Assembly (NCBI GenBank): GCA_034530615.2
Contig: JAVRCV020000055.1
Coordinates: forward strand, 39,617 to 103,616
From: Aulosira sp. ZfuVER01
Lineage (GTDB): Bacteria > Cyanobacteriota > Cyanobacteriia > Cyanobacteriales > Nostocaceae
Reading direction: 5' to 3'
Length of the DNA stretch: 64,000 nt
The notes beneath the pieces were generated by a model. That model was not told the DNA's origin, searched no databases, and saw only the letters and a program-made list of their open reading frames with translations. The position numbers and the translations under genes were made by a program. Shown here piece after piece: positions 43,658-51,169 of this stretch. Each line of letters starts with the position of its first letter. Positions within the stretch are counted from its first letter, which is position 1.

Positions 43658-44770
43658 ATGCAATTATTAAATTCTCCTCAATCTCAGTTAGATAATACTT
43701 CAACTGGGCAATTACTGAATGTACTGCAAGATATTGTTTGCAAAATCGAAATTAAATCTGATTTCTCCATTTACCATCCAGACTATAAACCTTTAGAATT
43801 ACCATCTCAAATTATTGAACGGTTTCAAAAAATGCCAACTCAGATGCAGCAGAAATATCTGAGTCTGCAACTGCGGAGTTTTCTTTATGGGATTTATTAC
43901 AATGGTTCAATGCGAACTGCGCTAGCGTTAAATGGTGAAGGAAATGCTTTGCCCCTCGATTTAGAAAATAATACTATCTTAGGGATAGATATCAGTTTTT
44001 ATGAGCAATTGCATGAAAGTAATTGTGGAGAAGGTTATTTCGATCCTGGTTGGTCTGTAATTAGAGAAGAAATAGATGATAGTTTAGCTGTAACTAAAGG
44101 TGGTTTGAGGTTACATATTCAGCGACATAAGCATCTTCAAACTATTGAACAAGCTGCCGTAGTTGGCGATATAGTAGCTATCCGAATGCCTAAAAACCGG
44201 GTGCAAAATGGCTTTTATATGGCAGTTGGCAATCTAGGGTTTCCCGGTCTTACAAATCCTAAAAATTCCCTAGTGACTGTACGAAGCTATTTCAATTTAA
44301 CTCCTGAAGGGGCTGTGGAAGTAATGAGAAGCCTGACACAGATGTTAAATGATTTAGCAATTTATTTTAGTTTTAAGGTTTTATATAATCCCAAAGATTA
44401 CGGACGGCATGATTCTGGAGTTTTATACTTTGATAAAAGCGATTATCCAGTAGTTAGGGAAGTTTTAGAGATTGTTTATCGAGAAAATAAGTTACATTTT
44501 CAGCCAGAAATCCCCTTATTTACAATGCAGCTTCAACCTGGATTAGGTTTAGCAGAAGAACCAGATCAAAAGTTTGCCGAACATGAAAGCTTTGGTATGA
44601 ATCGCTGTCAAATTGTAGCCAATGGATTACTAGCGGCTTGGTATCCAGGTGATAATTCTCCAGCAGGGCGGATGCAAGCTATCCGTCAGGAATTTTCGCG
44701 CTTGGGTATTGATTTGCAGCGTACCTACTTAAATGCTAATTCTGAAGACATCTACCAGTTTTTGAACTGA
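43658..44770 (+). CDS. HopA1-like protein (LanY/TvaD-like phospho-lyase)
   Basis: DPGW, R.YFN, FKVL, R.DSGVLY, PG.GLAEEP and SFGMNRC motifs; paired with the kinase. Confidence 0.82.
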   Translation: MQLLNSPQSQLDNTSTGQLLNVLQDIVCKIEIKSDFSIYHPDYKPLELPSQIIERFQKMPTQMQQKYLSLQLRSFLYGIYYNGSMRTALALNGEGNALPLDLENNTILGIDISFYEQLHESNCGEGYFDPGWSVIREEIDDSLAVTKGGLRLHIQRHKHLQTIEQAAVVGDIVAIRMPKNRVQNGFYMAVGNLGFPGLTNPKNSLVTVRSYFNLTPEGAVEVMRSLTQMLNDLAIYFSFKVLYNPKDYGRHDSGVLYFDKSDYPVVREVLEIVYRENKLHFQPEIPLFTMQLQPGLGLAEEPDQKFAEHESFGMNRCQIVANGLLAAWYPGDNSPAGRMQAIRQEFSRLGIDLQRTYLNANSEDIYQFLN

Positions 44771-45786
44771 TGCTAATAACAGATCTTTCTGCACAGGTTT
44801 TAGTAGAAACAAATAAAAATACTTGTCCAAATCCTAAATTTCCAGAATCAGATCTGCCTTTCTATCGAAATTTGGGACGAACTGACCTGACAGTTAGCTG
44901 TTTGGGTTTAGGAGGCGGTGGTCACATTTCCAGTGAAGATACCCTTTACGCCTTTGACCAAGGAATTAACTACTTTTTTTATTCCAGCGACCTGCATCAC
45001 CATATCTACAGTTCAATGGCTGGGGCACTGCGCCAACTGTGTGGTCGTGGTTCTGCAAAGCGAGAACAAGTTGTACTCGCAACAGTGACTTATATCAAAA
45101 GTCCAGAGATGGCGATGGCTGCTTTGTTCGATCAATTTGTCGATTTACAAATTGACTATATTGATGTGTTTTTCTGGGGCTGGATTGGCGTTAAAGATGG
45201 ATCAGCTTTAGAAGATTGCTTGCAACTTTCTCCTGATTTAAGAGGGCCTAACTCTGTATATCAGCGCAGCATTGAAAAAATGCTTGGCATCTCAGAACGC
45301 CTAAAGAAAATGGGAGCAGTTCGCTATATTGGTGCTTCTTTTCACGATATCAATCTTGCTCAACAGTGGTCTAATAGCCCTCTGTTGGATGTAGTCATGG
45401 TCAGGCACAATGTTGCGCATCGGTCTGCACAATCGCAGGTATTTAATCGGCTAGACCCCCAAAAGCCTCATCGTCCTGGTATCGTGACGTTTAAATCTAC
45501 AGGTTCTCATACAGGAGTTCTCTGGAATGCGCCGCAAAGCTTACCAGCAGGTTGTTGGCAACCGTCAGTACCCGATTTATATCGCTACTCTTTAAGCCAG
45601 AATTGCGTCGATGTTTGTTTAGCCGGATGGCGATATCGGGAAGAAATTGATGCCGCGATCGCCGGAATCCAAAAAGGCAAGCTTTCTCCAGCAGAAATTG
45701 ACTACCTCAATCTATACGGAGATTTACATCGCAATAGTCTTTCGCTGGCAGATATTTCACCAGAAAGCTTAATTTATCGTTCCTAG
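44770..45786 (+). CDS. Atypical aldo-keto reductase family protein
   Basis: YRNLGRTDLTVSCLGLG, IDYID and G.VRYIGAS motifs; start overlaps the HopA1 gene stop codon. Confidence 0.8.
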   Translation: MLITDLSAQVLVETNKNTCPNPKFPESDLPFYRNLGRTDLTVSCLGLGGGGHISSEDTLYAFDQGINYFFYSSDLHHHIYSSMAGALRQLCGRGSAKREQVVLATVTYIKSPEMAMAALFDQFVDLQIDYIDVFFWGWIGVKDGSALEDCLQLSPDLRGPNSVYQRSIEKMLGISERLKKMGAVRYIGASFHDINLAQQWSNSPLLDVVMVRHNVAHRSAQSQVFNRLDPQKPHRPGIVTFKSTGSHTGVLWNAPQSLPAGCWQPSVPDLYRYSLSQNCVDVCLAGWRYREEIDAAIAGIQKGKLSPAEIDYLNLYGDLHRNSLSLADISPESLIYRS

Positions 45787-45809
45787 ATATCAAAAATCAA
45801 CTACAGCTT

Positions 45810-46544
45810 ATGCTAGATTCCATACCACAATTAACATTCCCAGAAATTACACCCGCCTCAGATGAAGATATTCTGGCTTACTTACGTCACTCTTTTACAA
45901 TTGCGACAATAGCGGCAGCTGCGGAACAAAATATATACATACTTAAAGTATGCGATCGCTTGGGAATTTCTGTGACTGATGAAGAATTGCAAGCAGTAGG
46001 AGACTCATTTCGCCACGATCGCAAACTGCTAGGAGTTTCCGAAACAATAGCATGGCTGACACAGCAACGAATTAGCGCAGAAGATTGGACGCAAGGAATT
46101 CGCTTATCCTTACTCACTCAAAAATTAAAAGAACATCTCTTCGGTGAGAACGTTGATGCTCACTACATTAACAACCGTGATAGTTATAAGCGTGTAGCTT
46201 TGTCGCAAATTTTAGTCAAGGATTTAACCGTAGCAACCACTATTGTTCAACTTCTACAAGAAAATCGAGTATCATTCCCTGCGTTAGCATTGGAATATTC
46301 GCAAGGGAAACAATCAAAAGAAAATGGCGGTTTCGTTGGCATCCGCTTTCTTGCTGAATTATTGCCAGAAATAGCAAGAGCGATCGCTGATGCACCGGAA
46401 GGTGAAGTAGTTGGGACAATTCAAACTCAAATGGGTTATCACATCCTCCGAATTGAGAAATGGATGCCTGCAAATTTAAGTGAAATTCGAGAAGAAATTT
46501 TGGAGTCTTTATTTCAAGCGTGGTTAAAAAATAAACAACTTTAA
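45810..46544 (+). CDS. PpiC/rotamase-type peptidyl-prolyl isomerase (RiPP-associated)
   Basis: F..LA..YS.....NGG.VG and I.TQMGYHIL motifs. Confidence 0.85.
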   Translation: MLDSIPQLTFPEITPASDEDILAYLRHSFTIATIAAAAEQNIYILKVCDRLGISVTDEELQAVGDSFRHDRKLLGVSETIAWLTQQRISAEDWTQGIRLSLLTQKLKEHLFGENVDAHYINNRDSYKRVALSQILVKDLTVATTIVQLLQENRVSFPALALEYSQGKQSKENGGFVGIRFLAELLPEIARAIADAPEGEVVGTIQTQMGYHILRIEKWMPANLSEIREEILESLFQAWLKNKQL

Positions 46545-46838
46545 TAAAAATATATAATTTTGATTGATGGCATAGCAAAATATTTTTTTAAATCATCAAG
46601 CCTACCTATAACTTGTGTTTAGGTAGGTTTATTCATATATCTATAGTTATCAAATTCTTCTTTTGCCTTGAGATTATGAAAATAAAAGTAACTTTTATGT
46701 TCATTAAATAGAGCGCTATCTGTAGATACATTAATTTATTTATGGCAATTTATTAATAGAAAGCTAGAAATTCAATTGATGAGTTTCAGCAACCTATATC
46801 TCTAACCAAAAATTGTTAAAAATTCTCAGGAGATTGAA

Positions 46839-47054
46839 ATGGCTGCTATTACAATTCATGATTTACGTCCTGTCGGTGCAGATTTATTTGCTGGTTCTGA
46901 AAACTTCATGAGTGATTTAGTTGACTCCGAACTAAATGCAGTTAATGGTGGTATTTCACCTTTAGTTATTTGGGGTGTAGCAATCACATCAGAATATATA
47001 ATTAGTGCTTTTGGCGTAGGCGTTGGTGCTGGTATTTATACAGCACTTAAGTAA
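46839..47054 (+). CDS. RiPP/bacteriocin precursor A1
   Basis: AGGAG ribosome-binding site; ELNAVNGG followed by core ISPLVIWGVAITSEYIISAFGVGVGAGIYTALK. Confidence 0.88.
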   Translation: MAAITIHDLRPVGADLFAGSENFMSDLVDSELNAVNGGISPLVIWGVAITSEYIISAFGVGVGAGIYTALK

Positions 47055-47080
47055 CTTAAAAATAAACTGAGGAGTAAACA

Positions 47081-47272
47081 ATGGCTACAATTCGCATTGA
47101 ACAATTAAGCGCAGGTTTTGAACTGATTGCTGACGAAGAAACATTCTTGGATGAACTCACTGATAGCGATCTAGATCTGAACAAAGGTGGAATCACCCCC
47201 GTAATTACAAGCCTGATCGTATTCTCCGCAGGCTATGGTGTAGGTAGAGCAATCAGTGAAATTTTCAAGTAA
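47081..47272 (+). CDS. RiPP/bacteriocin precursor B1
   Basis: GAGGAG ribosome-binding site; DLDLNKGG followed by core ITPVITSLIVFSAGYGVGRAISEIFK. Confidence 0.88.
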   Translation: MATIRIEQLSAGFELIADEETFLDELTDSDLDLNKGGITPVITSLIVFSAGYGVGRAISEIFK

Positions 47273-47300
47273 CCATTGATATAACCAATAGTTCAATAAT

Positions 47301-47350
47301 AAAATAAGAGCAATAGTTATGGTTTAACATAACTATTGCTCTTATTTTTT
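47301..47350 (+). terminator. Terminator/stabilising hairpin after the A1-B1 cassette
   Basis: Perfect 21-bp stem AAAATAAGAGCAATAGTTATG / CATAACTATTGCTCTTATTTT followed by Ts. Confidence 0.8.
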
Positions 47351-47698
47351 TGGTAATTTTTAAATTTTTAGTCATCAATATATTGCGCAAAAATTTGATT
47401 ATAATTTTTAGTTAAAAACGTAGTATTAAAGCAGGTTAATATATTTGGTACAGGTAAAATCTCAGATTAAGTTTCTAATTTAAAATTTCTTTTAAAACAC
47501 AGAAATATAAAATTATTTTTTAGCATTTCATTAGATATTTTGAAAATAACAGTAACTTTTATGTTCGTTTATTAAAGCGTTATCTCTAGATCCATAAGTT
47601 TATTTATGGCAATCTATTAACAGAAAGCTGAAAAGCATCAATTGAATTTCAGCAATCTACTAGCTATTAATAATTGTTCAAAATTTTAGGAGATTGAA

Positions 47699-47914
47699 AT
47701 GGCTGCTATTACAGTTCATGACTTACGTCCTGCTGGTGCAGATTTATTTGCTGGTTCTGAAAATTTCATGAGTGATTTAGCTAATTCCGAACTAAACACA
47801 GTTAACGGTGGTTTAACACCTGTAGTAATTTGGGGTGTAGCAATTACATCCGAATATGTAATTGGTGCTTTTGCTGTTGGTGTTGGTGCTGGTATTTATA
47901 CAGCAGTCAAGTAA
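47699..47914 (+). CDS. RiPP/bacteriocin precursor A2
   Basis: Paralogue of A1; core LTPVVIWGVAITSEYVIGAFAVGVGAGIYTAVK. Confidence 0.88.
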   Translation: MAAITVHDLRPAGADLFAGSENFMSDLANSELNTVNGGLTPVVIWGVAITSEYVIGAFAVGVGAGIYTAVK

Positions 47915-47948
47915 GCTGTAAATTCAGAAATTATGTGAGGGGTAAATA

Positions 47949-48146
47949 ATGGCTACAATTCGCATTGAACAGTTAAGTGCAAGTGTCGGTTTTGAACTGA
48001 TTGCTGATGAAGAAACATTCCTAGATGAACTCACCGATAATGACTTAGATTTGAATAAAGGTGGAATCACTCCAGTAATTACAACCCTGATAGTTTTCTC
48101 CGCAGGCTATGGTGTAGGTAAAGCAATCAGTGATATTTTCTCATAA
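47949..48146 (+). CDS. RiPP/bacteriocin precursor B2
   Basis: Paralogue of B1; core ITPVITTLIVFSAGYGVGKAISDIFS. Confidence 0.88.
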   Translation: MATIRIEQLSASVGFELIADEETFLDELTDNDLDLNKGGITPVITTLIVFSAGYGVGKAISDIFS

Positions 48147-48318
48147 TCTTTGATATCATAATCAAAGATTATTTCCAATTTTTTTAACTGTAGAATAATT
48201 AATAGCAGGAGTCATAAAAATTTAAGTTCAGACCTCACATAAAGTCTGACTCCTGCTTTTCCAGCAAAGATTAGGCTGTAAACAAAGATTTTGTCAACAC
48301 TTAAAAGAGGTAGAATTT

Positions 48319-48576
48319 ATGTTCAGCAATCGTTCTAACCCTCTGGATATTACAATTCCCTTATTTGTAATTATGGGAATTTCACAAATAATTCTTGGTA
48401 ATTATGTACTCGCTGGTATTTTGCTAATAATAGCTTTAGGGCAATTTGTTGTACCTAGAGTTGGAGTTAACAATTTAAATCAATTGCATAGGCCTGAAGT
48501 TCTGTTTGTCTGGGTGATTATTACAACATTTAGCTGTTTAGTCATCTACCAAATTTATAGAGATGCGTTTTCCTGA
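48319..48576 (+). CDS. Small membrane protein, candidate immunity factor
   Basis: 85 aa with about three hydrophobic segments, GAGG ribosome-binding site, directly after the precursors. Confidence 0.6.
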   Translation: MFSNRSNPLDITIPLFVIMGISQIILGNYVLAGILLIIALGQFVVPRVGVNNLNQLHRPEVLFVWVIITTFSCLVIYQIYRDAFS

Positions 48577-48669
48577 TTGAGCCTTCGTAGCATCAAACTC
48601 GCCAATTTTATTGAGCTTTAATATAAAAAATTATCCCACCTATTATATTAGTGGGATAAAGCTTCTTAT

Positions 48670-49431
48670 TCAGTTGTTAACTTTGACTAAATCTTGTGTA
48701 ACTGGTAATAAATAATTCATAGATTCAGTTTTTTTCTTTAACCATTCAGAGAATAATTTGGTGAATATTTTAGTACGTATATTATCATCTAATTGCGGTT
48801 GAATTATTTCTTCTACAAGAATGAGATGTATCCCAGATGATGTGATAATGGGCTTAATTAACTGTGGTGGTTGAGCGGCAAAGACTGTAGCGGAAATTTC
48901 CGATTTCATATCCTTGCGTTGTACTATACCTTTATATCCTAATTGTCGCCTTAGTTCTGTATCTTTAATGTATTTGTGAGCAACATCATAAAAACTAATT
49001 TCACCCTCTTGAATAGCATAAAAAAGTTCTATTGCTAAATCTTCATCATCTAAGACGATTTCATATATCACGGCACTCAAGTAATCTAGTTGATGTTCAA
49101 AGAAGTATGGTTCGATTTTATCTGCAAATAGATAAAGAGCTAATTTGTTAGAGATAATAGTATGGTGAATGATGTCTTCAAAATCATCTAATGAAAGTCC
49201 ATGTTTTTCGAGCCATTCCCAGGTCTCATCAGCATTATGGAGTTTATTAGCTAACCTGATTTGGTCTGCTGTTTTTTGCAGTTCTTCAACCTCTACTTTG
49301 ATTCCAAGTTCCTCAGCAGTAGATATAATTACCTTGCGGTTAAGGATTTGTTCAACTATCTCAGGAATTTTGCAAGTTAACTTGATTTGATGAAGAATAT
49401 CTTCGTTAGTAATAGTGATGGGATGTAACAC
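48670..49431 (-). CDS. PpiC/rotamase-type protein of a bacteriocin export operon
   Basis: VEELQ..AD..R, F..VA..Y and PI.T..G.HLI motifs. Confidence 0.85.
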   Translation of the reverse strand: MLHPITITNEDILHQIKLTCKIPEIVEQILNRKVIISTAEELGIKVEVEELQKTADQIRLANKLHNADETWEWLEKHGLSLDDFEDIIHHTIISNKLALYLFADKIEPYFFEHQLDYLSAVIYEIVLDDEDLAIELFYAIQEGEISFYDVAHKYIKDTELRRQLGYKGIVQRKDMKSEISATVFAAQPPQLIKPIITSSGIHLILVEEIIQPQLDDNIRTKIFTKLFSEWLKKKTESMNYLLPVTQDLVKVNN

Positions 49432-49574
49432 TCTCTTCCTCCTAAGTTAAGTAAATTTCCTATTTAATTTATTTCGGCTAGCAACTATGTGATTTTCAAC
49501 TCTAATTATTAGAGATTTATAGACAAACAAGCTGAAAATATGAGGTTGAAAACTATATAATTTAGTTGAATTTC

Positions 49575-51098
49575 TTATAATTTTATGCCACCCTGTTGCA
49601 ACTTTTTAAATGGGTCGATAAGAAAATCGATAATACGGCGCTGGCGTACAATCACTTCAGCCGTGGCTGTATCTCCTGGATGTAAAGCAATACATTTATT
49701 AGCAGAAGGTATACAATTCTGTTTTAAGGCAATTTCTAAGTTATAAGCTGCTACTTTTCCATTAGGTGTATCTATCTCCGTTGTAGTAGGAGAAATCTTA
49801 ATTAACTCTCCTGAGAGAATACCATAATCCTGAAATGGATAAGCATCAAATTTTAATTTGACTGCCAATCCTTTTTGTAAAAAACCGCTTTCCGTAGTTG
49901 CCATTTGTGCCCGAATAATTAAAGGTGAGTTTAGGGGGGAAATCTCTGCTACCATTGTTCCTGGCTGAACTACAGAGCCAGCTTTTTGAATTGGTAACTG
50001 AAATAACGTACCATTGACAGTAGCTTTTATCTCTCGTTGACCTAATTGAAATTTTAATGATTCAATCTGACTTTTAGTTTGAGCGATTTCTGCTTTTAAA
50101 GAAGTAATTTCTGTATCTAATGTTTTCTGTTGATCGGCAATTTTTAGCACGGCTAGTTGACCAGAGCGAGTCAAGGACTGATAACCCCTTTCTTGTTCTT
50201 TGAGCCGTAACTGAGCTTGTTCGATATCTGCACTAGCTTGGCGAAGATTGCGCTCGTAACTACTTTGCTGTTCTGCTAAACGTAACTTAGACTGTTCAAT
50301 ATCTGATTTGCTTTGTTCATATAATTTTTGTTTATCTTTAGCGATGTCTTGCTTTTCTACCAAATTAATCTCTGGTACAATTCCTTCTTGTTTGAGCTTT
50401 CGATAACGTTCCACTTCTCGCTGGGTACTTGCTAAAGTACTTTCCATCAATTTACTAACAGTTCGGCTGTTTTCCAGAGTTTGTCGTACCTGATTTAATT
50501 GAGATAGTTTCTCATCTTTTTGTAATGCATATGCATTGTTTAACGTATTAATATTCTGCCGTGCTTGGTCGATTTGAGCTTGCTTTTCTAATTGTTGAGA
50601 TTGATTTTGTTGTTGTTGAGTTGTCAAAGATACAATTAACTGATTTTTCGATGAACTTAACTGTGAAAGTCGATTTAATTGTCCCTCTAATTTATCTTGA
50701 TTCTGACGCAATTCGGTTTTGACTAATTCTGATTCTAATAATAATAAAGTCTGTCCAAATTTAACTGATTCACCCTCCTTGGCTCTAATTTCAGCAACAG
50801 TTCCAGCCACAGGAGCATCGAGTTTAATTGTCCGATCTTGGGGTTCAATTCTTCCTCTAGCTGTACCAGTTTCATCTACTTTAGCGAGGATTGCCCAAGG
50901 TAAAATTATGGATATAAAGATGACCAAGAAATATAGCAATCCCCTTGTCCAAACTTGAGGTAGGCTTTCAAGTGTTTCTTTCGTTATTTCAGACCAATCA
51001 TCCTTTGCTGTTACTGGTGATGGGGGTGGTAAAGTTTCTGGATGAGATACATCTTCTATTAAAGGATTTTTAACCCGTCCATTCAAGATATCTGTCAT
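49575..51098 (-). CDS. HlyD family membrane fusion protein
   Basis: N-terminal transmembrane helix, long coiled coil, KFDAYPFQDYG motif. Confidence 0.93.
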   Translation of the reverse strand: MTDILNGRVKNPLIEDVSHPETLPPPSPVTAKDDWSEITKETLESLPQVWTRGLLYFLVIFISIILPWAILAKVDETGTARGRIEPQDRTIKLDAPVAGTVAEIRAKEGESVKFGQTLLLLESELVKTELRQNQDKLEGQLNRLSQLSSSKNQLIVSLTTQQQQNQSQQLEKQAQIDQARQNINTLNNAYALQKDEKLSQLNQVRQTLENSRTVSKLMESTLASTQREVERYRKLKQEGIVPEINLVEKQDIAKDKQKLYEQSKSDIEQSKLRLAEQQSSYERNLRQASADIEQAQLRLKEQERGYQSLTRSGQLAVLKIADQQKTLDTEITSLKAEIAQTKSQIESLKFQLGQREIKATVNGTLFQLPIQKAGSVVQPGTMVAEISPLNSPLIIRAQMATTESGFLQKGLAVKLKFDAYPFQDYGILSGELIKISPTTTEIDTPNGKVAAYNLEIALKQNCIPSANKCIALHPGDTATAEVIVRQRRIIDFLIDPFKKLQQGGIKL

Positions 51099-51169
51099 GA
51101 TTTCCTTGGAGCAAGATTTTTAACTGAGGACATTAATAATAAAGTGGACATTGCCCACCTTACTTTTGT

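Larger units (their letters stand above)
46677..48146 (+). repeat. Diverged tandem duplication of an upstream region plus a two-peptide cassette
   Basis: About 46677-47272 aligns with about 47541-48146, including roughly 160 nt upstream of the first ATG. Confidence 0.9.

Noticed and set aside
46686..46706. GTAACTTTTATGTTC as an NtcA or LexA site
   Set aside because: Spacing fits neither GTA-N8-TAC nor the cyanobacterial LexA box; kept only as part of the conserved duplicated region.
46677..48146. Duplicated precursors as a DGR template/variable repeat pair
   Set aside because: Differences are not confined to adenines, include indels, and both copies have their own ribosome-binding sites.
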